From the NCBI GenBank assembly GCA_028023455.1, contig JAQFVV010000005.1:17298001-17362000 (forward strand): a stretch of DNA of 64,000 bases. Reading direction: 5' to 3'. The DNA is from Epiperipatus broadwayi. Its lineage: Eukaryota > Animalia > Onychophora. The notes beneath the pieces were generated by a model. The model did no database searches, was not told where the DNA came from, and saw only the letters and a program-made list of their open reading frames with translations. The position numbers were made by a program, and so were the translations under genes. How positions within the stretch are numbered: position 1 is the stretch's first letter; each line of letters starts with the position of its first letter. This document shows, in pieces, positions 52,801 to 64,000 of the stretch.

Positions 52801-54857
52801 AGCACATCAAGAATATTTATTCTCGAAGGTGGTCCTCTGCTATTGCAGTTAAATATGCTGGTTTTTTAAAGTTAGGCTCATGATTGACTCATTTTAATTT
52901 TATGAGCTGGAATAATATGACACTCCAAAATAATTTAGGAACATTTTTATAACAAGTTATTTATTTATCTAGCATTATAGATTTTTTAAATATTCTGCTT
53001 TATTACTGTATAACATGCTTTCAATATATCATGTTCATAGCTTATAATAATATAATTCACGAGTTCTTGATATTAGTGTAAAAGTAGTGATTTAGTTATT
53101 CAAAAATATTAAAATTTATTAAAATTGCTCACTTCTCTGACAGAGGGTTATTTGTATCTTTTCTATTGATCAAAAAGCAGTCATTTGCTATGCCCAGGCC
53201 TCATTGATTTTACGTTTTCTATCTTATCTCTCCATACATATAATTTTTGCTTTTGATAATTCAAATTTATGACCAGTTTTTTGTTTGTGGTCAGTGAATA
53301 TTCTTTATTTTTAAGGGCTCTGTCATATAAATATCTATATCTATTCTGGGATAATCTAGTGAAAAGGCTGGCCTGCGATTCACCATAATATGATAAGTTG
53401 CATGCAAGTTAGCTGCATTTAAGATTTATCTTTCACAAAAAAGATATAGAATATAATTTCTGATACAAATGATCCTTACATAAAAAGAAATTTTCCAATA
53501 TCATGATAACATTTAAATTTCAGTCTACATTCATGGTATGTGTGTGCTGGGGCGGGATGGGGGAAGGGAGGTGGAGAGTCAAATAGAAAGCTTACAGAAA
53601 ATATCTCATTAAAAAAATTGTTGTTAATTTTTTTAAAATTTTTCAATTGTCAATGGGGTAATAAAAATCCATTATATATTATTTTTCCTTGATTTACTTA
53701 TAATTCACAAACAAAATTTGTAATAAAATGTTAAACAATGCAATTAAATTCATATTTTCCCCTCATTTTGCTGCAAATGACTTGGGAATATTTTTAAGTA
53801 GGCAAAAGATACACCATTTTTAAATAGTCTATTCCTCTCGAGCAAGATATTCCTAATGAAACTCATGATTGTTGAGTAATAATGGTAGAAGAACAGTTTA
53901 TCTACTTCGTTTTTGTCCTATGGCAATGGGTAACTAAACACCCATTAGCCAATATATGCTGAAAGGATGGCTGAAATAGCTATCAGCCAGCTATTTGAAA
54001 ATAAATCCTAATCTTGATTAAAACCTGAAAAAAATTTCTAAGTTTATTTATGTGGATTCGAACCCAGCTCAAAGTAATTTTTTAATAAATGCTAACAAAT
54101 GAAATATTTCTGATTTTAATTTCTTTTTCATTACTGTGAATTATTTAAAATTAAGTGTTAAGTACTAGAATTTTAACAGTTTGTAATTTTTTTATATTTT
54201 TAACCTAGTAATTAAGTTTTATATTTTATTTTTATTCCAATTATTTGGGGAGTTATTTTATTAAAATTTTCATACAATGTAATAGAATCAAAAGATAAAA
54301 GTTCCTAAATTAAGGTTCAATTTGTTATTTCTAGTGCTCAAATATCATTCAACCTCCTGGCAGCTAACTATTCAATTTTTAAAAAATATACTAACAATTA
54401 TAACTATTGTTAAATGGCATATAATTTGCTTTTTTGAAAAAAAAATATCATTTTAATTAACAAGTTATATTTAAGCAATGGTGTTTTTATCTTCACTCAC
54501 AATAAATAATTCAATTAATTATAAAATAGACATTAGATGGCAATACTAGGTGAATAGCATAAGCGAAGAATTGTTGCATTAACACCATTCCTTGGTCTAT
54601 TAGTCAGGAAATGACATGATTTTGATCAAGCTCTAAATGAATTCAGAAATTGTATACTGAATGATTGGCTGTACAAGAAGATAAAAAAAGTACTATGGCC
54701 AAACATAGAGAAGTAAGCTAAATGGAATTGTGATTTAGTGCAGTAATAGAGAAACAAACTTCAGAGCTAAAGAAACATGTCCTGAAAATCATATAATTTT
54801 CAGAATAACAAGCCATATATTTAGTAGACTCTGAAATTATGTATCAGTATATATATA

Positions 54858-57800
54858 TATGTAATCTTATAATTAAATATTAGTAAATCCAGTAATCAAA
54901 AATTTTGAAAAGAATAAAAAATATAATCGTCACTTAGGAGCACTTTCGACTATCTTCATAGTCTTTGCCAACTAATTCTTTGAAAGTTTAACCTTCCCAT
55001 AATTCCATGATCATAACATTTGCTGCCTGCCTATTGATTAAGTCTCGCTTGTATTTATATATTAGTAGCTTCCTTTATTTTTTATTATTATTATTTCTTT
55101 CAGTTTACAATATTTTTACATTATTATAATTGAAATTAAAACTATATATACATGATTTATTATGGATGTAAAAAAACGGAAGCTGATACGTTATTATTAC
55201 CGTTGCAATTTTATTTCATGTTTGAACCCTTTTTAATAACAGCAAGTACTCTTTAGTTCTTTTCTCCAAGGTACATCTCATTTCCTCTATATATCCGTTA
55301 CCACATCTGCATATCCATTTATAAATGATGCAGTTTTTATTTATAAATGTTTTATCTTGAGAGTTATTTATTAATTTATTTAATGTAGGAGGTGCATAAA
55401 ATGCAATGTCACATATACCTTTATAAATTTTCCTTATGAATTTGTTGTTGATTCGAAATATATGATATTGATATCCACATTTTACCTTATTATTAATATA
55501 TTTTTTATTTTTATATTTCGTATTAAAATTTTTAATAGTATAATAAATATGATTGTAATTATAGACAACATTTAACAATTTATTGGAATATATTTCAATA
55601 TTTTTGCCTTTATCCTAAGGACTTCAAACCTGCCATTTTATGTGACATTGGTACTTTTGATTTATATGGAATATAGCCTCTTTTTTCTATTGGTTTAATA
55701 GTCATATAGTAATCCAGTTTATCTATTTCTAGTTATTTTAAGATCGAGGAACTGAATGCACATTAAATTTTCATCTGTTTTGATCGATTTTAAGCCATTT
55801 ATATTATTTAATTCTTTAACAATTGTATTTGGCTTGCCGTATACAAAAAAATCATCGGCATATTGATAATATAAAATAATATTTTTTTGATAACATTCTT
55901 TTTTCAAAATACTTTCTTTGTATGTAGAAATTACAAAATTACATATTTGGGCAACTGTAGACAGACCCATTGGCCAGCCATCACCCATTTTATAAAAATC
56001 CTTAAAAACTGCATAAATATTTTTATCAATAAATTAATGTTTCAACTATAAATTTTATTATTTTCACATTATTATTTTCAGCCTCAAGGTAATAATTATG
56101 TTAATTTATCTAGTATAGATCTCGATTTTCAACAAAAATATATATTAAATCTTTATGCAAATTATGTTGGTGGCCAATGGGAAAATAGTGATCTAGAATT
56201 GAAATCTGCTATAGAAAATTCCTTAGGCATAATTAAATGTGATCTAAAAATTTGCAAGGATTTAGTAAATAAGCAAAAGAAAAGAATTTTAATTATACAA
56301 TGAATTATGATTGGAATGTACAAATATCTAAATTTAAAAAATTTAGATCTGAAAATAATGTAGTATGTACAAAGGAAGATAAAGGATTAAGAATGTGTTT
56401 ATTACTAAAATCTGATTAAGAAGATAAAGTTATTACTCAAATGAATATCTTAATTTTATTAAAGTTAGTTAAGTAAATATATTACATATATAAGTGCAGG
56501 TATGAAAAAGCCTGTACTGTAGAAAAAATTCATATTTAAAGTAAATATAGAAAATGTGCATATTTAATTTATCAATAATATTTTTAAAAAAGCAAAAAAA
56601 AATGTGATTGACAATTATACTTACTATAAGATTTATCCTTCTGTGGCACTCTTTTCAAATATAAAACTACATAAAGAGAATGAACCATTTCGGTTAAAGG
56701 TTGATTGGGGGTGGGACATTTTATTATGAAATGTGTCGATTAATTGAGAAAATGTTACAGGAAATTCTTAGCTTTGGTAAATATACAATACTTCATCATT
56801 TGATTTTGTTAGTAAAATTTGTGATGTTATTATTGATGTTGATGATGTAATATGTATCTTAGATGTAAGTGAAATTTACAGATCAAATGGCTTCTACTGA
56901 AATTATTTCTGATGCATTAAATTTTAAAAATGTTAATGTGAAAATAATAAAATTTATAGTTGAAACATTAAGCTTTATTGATAAAAATATTTATGCAGTT
57001 TTTAAGGATTTTTATAAAATGGGTAATGGCTGGCCAATGGATCTGCCTGCAGTTGCCCAAATATGTGATTTTGTAATTTCTATGTATGAAGAAAGTATTT
57101 TGAAAAAGAAATGTTATCAAAAAAATATTACTTTATATTATTGATATGTCGATGATTGTATGTGGCAAGCCAAATACAATTAAAGATTTGTTTAAAGAAT
57201 TAAATAATATAAATGGCTTAAAATGGTTAAAAACAGATGAAAATTTAATGTATGATCAGTTTCTCGATCTTAAGATAACTAGAAATAGATGTAAACTGGA
57301 TTATTATATGACTATTAAACTAATAGCAAAAATAGGCTATATTCCATATAAATCAAGAGTACCAATGCTACATAAAATGGCAGGTTTGAAGTCCTTTTTA
57401 TTCAAAAATGATAATCTTTGTAAATATTCATCGGATAAAAATAAAAATATTGAAATGTATTCTAATGAATTGTTAAATGTTGTCTATAATTACAATCATA
57501 TTTATTATACTATTAAAAATTTTAATATGAGATATAAATATAAAAAAAATATTAATAATAAGGTTGATTCTTCTATTAATAAAATGTGGATATCAATACC
57601 ATATATTTCAAATCAACAAGCATATAACTCTAAATATAAAACCTCATTTATAAATAAAAACTGCATGATTTATAAATGGATATGTAGGTGTGGTAGTGGA
57701 TATATAGGGAAATCGATATGTACATTGGAGAAAAGAACTAAAACGCACTTGCTGTTATCAAAAAGGGTTCAAAATTCGAAACAAAATAGCAAAGGTAATA

Positions 57801-57956
57801 TAACGTATCAGCTTCCATTTTTTATGACCATAATAAATCATGTATATATAGTTTTAATTTCAATTATAATAATGTAAAAATATTGCATTATATTTTTTGT
57901 CTTTTTCAAAATTTTTGATTACTGTATTTACTAATATTTAATTATAAGATAACATA
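54858..57956. mobile_element. Penelope-like element with long inverted duplication of its 3' part
   Basis: Plus strand about 56070-57880: LFSNIKLHKENEPFR, GNGWPM, YVDD/YADD and FLDLKI (PLE RT), then IYKWICRCGSGYIGKS (GIY-YIG). Inverted copy 55108-56071 pairs with 56934-57885; outer arms extend to about 54858 / 57956. Confidence 0.9.
54934..54975 (-). ncRNA. Decayed hammerhead motif in the PLE pseudo-LTR
   Basis: TTAG-ttggcaa-a-GACTAT-gaag-ATAGTC-GAAA-GTGC-TC^CTAA: stems I and II and GAAA intact, CUGANGA core mutated; located 3' of the endonuclease. Confidence 0.55.
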
Positions 57957-58310
57957 TTGCTTTGAAAAAATACAGACATCGATTTATAAAATTATTACAT
58001 ATATATATACCTAGAAATTATTAAGGAGTCATTAAAGTTCATGATATGGCATTGACATTGAGATATATAAATTTCTGTTCAGAACAAACTAACTACTACC
58101 AGTAATGGTTAAGTGTTACAATGCTGTTATAGTATCCTATTGCCTAATTACTCTACCACTTTTGGGGAAGAGAATGTAGCATCCAAGTATAATGCTCATC
58201 ATGTAAACTCACAAGGATTGCAAAATATTTTTTTTTACTTTGAATAGTAACATAATATTTCCAAATATTTTTGTGCATACAAAGACAAAAGAGAATAAGA
58301 GAGATCTTAC

Positions 58311-58379
58311 CTGATCCTGAGAAGATAACGGACATTCTATAGGTTTTGGTTCATGGTGGTGGGACTGTGAATAAGTGGG
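58311..58379 (-). CDS. Host gene coding exon, 69 nt, PTYSQSHHHEPKPIECPLSSQDQ
   Basis: Long pyrimidine tract ending ccatctccccag|CCCACT...GATCAG|gtaaga; 23 codons, phase 0. Confidence 0.85.
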
Positions 58380-59264
58380 CTGGGGAGATGGAAAATGAAT
58401 ATTTAGAGAATAACAGAAAAGAATGAATAGAAAATAGGAAAAAAAACACAACTTTTTCTATATTTCTACACTGTCATATTTTAATCCTTCTACATTCAAA
58501 ACGAATAAGTAATTTACATCAATCAAAAATAAATTTGCCAATGAAGTAAAAAACAAAACAAAAATAAAACTCACTAAAAATCATATAAAGTTTACATTAT
58601 TATACAGTAGCATGGTAATGTAACTTACAAAATGTTTATTATATTATAAACTGTTATTTTTAATGCAAGATTACCTACAAATAATCAATGTACTTCTTTC
58701 TCTCTCTATCTTATATATATATATATACACACACACAGACTACATAATAATATTTGTAAAGCAATAATCTTCAAATGTGCATATTTTAAGAACCCTTCAC
58801 AAATTACTTTCCAGCGTAGCAATCCACTAATTCATTGAAAAATAAATTCACATTTATATAATCTCCAAGAGCTTAAGAAGGCAGTAAGATTACTCATTCA
58901 CATATCATAATGATGAAACATTATATTAATAACAATCTTAGCAAAGTCTCAATCTACTTGCTCTCAGATATATATATTCTATTAATTTTAAGATTGTAGC
59001 TAATGTAACATTTTCCCAATGTAAAATACATATCACTAATTTACTATTCATATAAGATTTGGGGACAAGATAAATGTGAATTCATTTTTCACCTAATACA
59101 TTAAAATGAGTCAATTATTTGTAAGTTTGTTAACAATGTTTTCTAGAAAGTCTGACTTGTAAAGGATTCTTATAGTATGTATATTTGAAGATTATTATTT
59201 CCTAAATATTATTATATAAATTAATACACTGTACATGCTTACACACACCTGCACATATATAATG

Positions 59265-59482
59265 TAATATATAAGGGATTCGAAAGCAGATTTTCACACG
59301 ACCCTCAGCTCTCCATGCCATCTCATATTGCTGACCCACCTGATCATACACATGTTGAAAAGATAAATAATCACCAATACCATATTTCATGCTAAACCAG
59401 CAATCAGGTGGGTCAGCAATATGAGATGGCATGGAAAACTGAGAGTCATGGGAAAGTTTGAGTTCAAATCCCTTATATATTA
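59265..59482. repeat. 218-bp inverted repeat (MITE-like or fold-back SINE)
   Basis: Perfect 33-bp inverted repeat 59312-59344 / 59403-59435; termini taatatataagggatt / aatcccttatatatta. Confidence 0.75.
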
Positions 59483-61529
59483 AATATTATTATATATTTT
59501 CAGCACTACATATTTAATAGCTACTATTGTTTTTGGGTAGTTAAAATTAATAGAATTTACACATGTATATACATATGTGCGTCTATGTGCATGTGTCAAT
59601 GTTTATTCAAATATTTTCACAATCTAAAGATATCCACATATGATTTTAAAATAAGAAACTCAATATATACGATTGAAAATTATTTTGACTAGAAAAAATT
59701 CCATCCACATAATATCCCTTTGAAAGAAACTTTGGCTATCTTATTACTCCAAAGTATATTTTAAAATAAATCAGAAATTTTTCTATTCTATAATTTTGTG
59801 AAAATTGGATAATAAAAAGCTGGAGTAGGATTACAAAGCATCTTCCTCAAGTTTATACTTTGTAAATTGTAAGAATGTGTGTGAGAAAAAAAACAACTTA
59901 TTAATTGAAAAACTATGAAAAGATTTCTTCTTTGACAATTTTTTCCAATTAGTGTTTAATTTATTTAATATACAACATTCATTAATGCAAATTACCTTTT
60001 AAAAAAATCTTCTTAGCTGCTCATAGTAATCTCTGAAAATAAAACTAAGATATTAGATTCCATTCTAATTGGAAAAATATGTTATTTTCTGCCAATAACG
60101 ATTCTATGACTATGCATAGAACAAACTTGGTACAAGATTTCATAATTTCTTTATTGTATCTTTGAGACAGAAAATTATTTCAGCAATTATGCCAGTGATA
60201 TCTTTTATTTAATTACTGAATTATCAAAGTTTATTTTATGTATGAAATAATTCTATTAATATTATTGGGGTTATTACCAAGGAACACCCTTTTAATAAGA
60301 ATAAGCACCTAGCATGCATAGACACCCCCAGAAATCTTTGTAGTACTATCTAAAAGGATTTTGGTCACAGAAAATAATTGAGGAAAAAGGCAGTGAGAAG
60401 AAAAATGCAACCGTTTATTAAAGCATTATCATATTAAACATGATCACAAATCATCTTTATTTCTTTTCATCAATATATTTTGTAATAGAGATTAGTTGTG
60501 TTCTATTTCCATAATGAACTCAATGATGTCAAAAGTGTTCAAGAAATTAGAAAAATCATCAAGAGCAATCCTAATATTGAGTCAAAACAATAAATATACT
60601 ATAGGCATACAGATATTATAGGTGCTGAATTAAATATTGTTACTTCTACATCTCACATAAAAATAGATATCAGTTGGAAAAATTGGTAATGTCATAGCTA
60701 AACCCAATGTTTAAGTGAACAATTGATCATTAAATACAAAACATATATTCGTTAAAAATGTTTAATTTAATTCACTTACCTAGGGGGGAGGGCACAATTT
60801 TTTATTACTTATCTAAATAAAGACAACACTAAAATCCATATTACACCAACAGAAAAATCATCATTTATTCAAAATTTCATGGATTATCTAAAATACACAA
60901 TGGGATCATATAAAGACTGAATATAAGCTCTGATGGCTCTCCAACTAAAATCTTAGCTAATTTTTTAACTTCATATTCAGCAATATTAGAGATTCAATCC
61001 AGTTTCTCAAAAATATTAAAAAAATAAAATTATCCAAAAAGAATATTTTAATGAACTTTGACTGTTTCATTCTTCTCCAGTGCTAGTAAAAAATGCTATT
61101 AAAGTTTTGAAAAACTATTTAATAATTTTTTTTTTTCATTTCAAATGAAGAATAGTGAACAACTATAAAAATAGATCTGTCATAGGATTATATGTTTGGC
61201 TTGACCAATGACTTCCTTGTTAAAATTATATTTTATTATTTTAGAAAGTTTATTTATATGAATCAAGCAGTTTATATATAAACACATAACTTCTTACACA
61301 TTTAAATTAACTAAACCAGATGTAAAATAAGGTTAACATTAGTATTTTACCACAATGGTAATAGAATTATTGTAAGATAAAGTGACAAAATTAACATATA
61401 AAGCTAACTAAAAAACAGGGTTGAACTTAGGCTTTCAACTTTTAAATATTTAAAAAAAAATTCTGGAATGGGAAGAAATATAACTGCTTTTAAAAACAAG
61501 TAAAATTAAAAAATGAATAAAAATCTGAC

Positions 61530-61604
61530 CTCTTCAGGAAGCATTTGGTAGGATGAAGTGATGTGTTCTTGTGACTTTAGGTCGTGCTGGTTCCAGTAAC
61601 CAGA
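61530..61604 (-). CDS. Host gene coding exon, 75 nt, SGYWNQHDLKSQEHITSSYQMLPEE
   Basis: Minus strand tttctatttttta-tag|TCTGGT...GAAGAG|gtcaga; open in phase 0; GC-richer island in AT-rich DNA. Confidence 0.75.
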
Positions 61605-63399
61605 CTATAAAAAATAGAAATTAAAAAATACAATGTAACAAATTTTAAATGTCATAACTTGGATTACAAACAACAAAAAAGAAACATACAATATACATAT
61701 ATTATCAAGAAAGCAAAATCTGAAAACATCTAATAAGATCATCAGTGCATTATAAAAAATTTTGAATACTAGATGCTACAATATGACACTTTATTGCTCG
61801 AGGGATCATGTTATGTCAAAGTAATTAAAGTGATAAAGCAAACTTTGATTTAGAGAACCCTAATTCTCGAGTCTGTCTCTCTACTAGTCTTAAATTGCAT
61901 GAGCACTAGACACTACAATTATTTTAAAAGTTAAACAGAAAACAATGGAAAATGATATCTGATAACAATTAAATGCTTTCATATTGTTTTGTTATTGTGT
62001 TCATAATCAGGATTAATAAGAGTACCAAACTCCCCATACAGTAGTACCACCAAGTGGAAGGCTTTGTAATCAATGGATGCAGACAGTTTGTATATAAAAT
62101 CCTTATCTAGAGCAAATAGTGATCATGCAATGTTTTCATAGTCAGGATTCTTAGGAATTAACAAACTAGCTTTCTATTTAATATGCAAACATGGAGTAAA
62201 TAAATTTTTATGGCATACCAACACTGACGATGATCAATTGTTTTATTATTTGAAAACAGTATTATCTATTAGAAGATTCTTCAGAATCAATAAATCAGCT
62301 TTGCAGCAGTAGTTGAATTAGAAACAGTTTTCCACAGTGCTATATAATATAAACTTGAGAAATCAATGATTATCAGATGCATATAAAATTCCTATCCTTA
62401 GTATTTAAAACCCCTCACCTCATACCCTATTAGTGAAAAATGGTGGTAAAATATCAACAATAGTCAATGATATTTTTTATTGCTCGACTCTTTTAATCAA
62501 TAAACTTTCTTCCATTATTGATAAGAAAATTACCATTTATTCAGGAGTCAATCAAGCTGCTTTACTGTAAGATTACAAACATCTAAATAGAAAATAATAG
62601 AAAGCTATTGTTTATATGAAACTCGTAAACAAACACAAAACTTACATAAAGTTCTAAGATAACAACAAAACTTTTAAATTTTCTTTATACATGCTTCCCA
62701 ATTTCATTTTTACATGTATTTATTATGTTAACAGTCTATTATAAATGCAAGAGTCAGGATTGGAGGTCATAAAAAAAGAGGATTCAAGAATTTTGACAAT
62801 GGACTCTGCAACTCTTCTGACTACAAATCTTGGTCTCCAAATGAATTCTTGAACAAGTAAGACAAAATATCACTTGGAAAAAAATGATTTGAGTGAAATT
62901 TCCTTTTTTTTGATTACACTATAAAGATTGATTTCATTGACAAACACTATGTTCAGCGGTAATCTATCATATGCTGCCACTAATTATATAATATGGTGTC
63001 AATTAATAAAAAAATGTTCTAATCAGACTGTTTCTCATGAAGTGGTTTCTTTTCATGATCCCTTTTCTTAACAAATGTTTCTGGAGTCTACTGCTATGTC
63101 TAAGCCAATGCTTACACAATTGGCTGCGAATATAATTACAGATAAATGTTGTAATAGAAAAGTAAATAACAAATACAGCCAAAATGAGGTTAAAATAGAT
63201 TAGTTTATAAATCTGCCGAGTTAATTTTCGACACAGAGTGTCTGTTTCAAAACATAACTGGTAGATAATTAGCATATTGTGATAGTAATTCCGATTATAA
63301 AAGATTAAACTTGGCAGTGTTCGAGAGATTTGCACAAATGCATGTATAATAGGGAACTGCAAAGTGCCACCTACGTTGTCAGATTAAATAACTAATATC

Positions 63400-63923
63400 T
63401 ATTGAGGGGACCACTATTGGCTCATATATTTATTATGTACTGAATTAATTAGGTGCCAAGCCTCTTTTATTTTGTGTGGTTACTCTCAAGGCAAACAATC
63501 CTGGCAGATGCAGGTTTAAAAGGATCCGCTGGCAGCTCTCTCATGCTCTAAAAACATTGAGCTGCATAATGAATTCATTTTTGCTCTATTATACAAATAG
63601 GCATGAAGGAAAATTCTCGATTTCAAGTTGGCATGGGTCTCCCTGTAGTATTTGCTATTGCAGGACATGCAGTCTAAGGCATATACTAATTGTGCCTTGT
63701 CATCACTGCAACCATTATCCTTTGAATTATTAATAAGTGTGTTGAGGGATGGAGGGCATCTAAAACCAATACTGATGACTTTAAAAAGAGTGGACTTTAA
63801 TTTTGAGTGGTTGTTGGTAATAAATGGCATATGTTGATAATTTAGTTTAGAAACAATAAGGAAAAAAAAAAAGCAGTAAGATTGAAGTGTTAAATCATAA
63901 CATAATAAATAAGTATGCCTCAA
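63400..63923 (-). mobile_element. Penelope-like element relic (GIY-YIG endonuclease)
   Basis: GFRCPPSLNTLINNSKD...LVYALDCMSCNSKYYRETHANLKSRI; shares a PPxLNxxIxNxKD-like linker motif with the other two PLE relics. Confidence 0.75.
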
Positions 63924-64000
63924 AGAAGGCTGAAGACTTAATAAAGGATTTTTAGGAAAAAGCTACATATATAATTTCCTAGAATTAATGTTGAATTTGG

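Noticed and set aside
63003-63362. 119-aa ORF as a gene
   Set aside because: No recognisable motif or splice signals; lies beside a PLE relic and is probably repeat-derived.

Overview
Strongly AT-rich eukaryotic (animal, probably arthropod; inference) genomic DNA. Nearly the whole window is intronic. A host gene runs on the minus strand as six small GT-AG exons whose lengths are all multiples of 3 (61530-61604, 58311-58379, 49770-49844, 45192-45272, 14709-14819, 1687-1869), plus a candidate 6-nt microexon (1057-1062). Its SELSDIAEEAEEE motif recalls the acidic linker of RIM-binding proteins (moderate confidence, from memory). The introns carry a three-level nest of Ty3/Gypsy LTR elements (about 24354-44285), decayed LINEs (RTE, RTE-BovB-like, CR1/L2-like, one unassigned clade), three different Penelope-like element (PLE) relics and tRNA-derived SINE heads. 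The most notable signal is a set of short non-coding fold-back insertions, each flanked by a 13-15 bp target-site duplication (TSD). One is 923 bp, built from a 412-bp head-to-tail monomer carrying a type I hammerhead ribozyme motif and present in both orientations (15212-16134). One is 374 bp, with two tandem hammerhead motifs between 96-bp inverted arms (25333-25706). One is a 600-bp fold-back with no visible ribozyme (21883-22482). Several further decayed hammerhead motifs occur, and two PLE relics show the same inverted architecture. Together these suggest a retrozyme-like, PLE-mobilised ribozyme element system. All alignments, counts and folds were done by eye; no database search was run.
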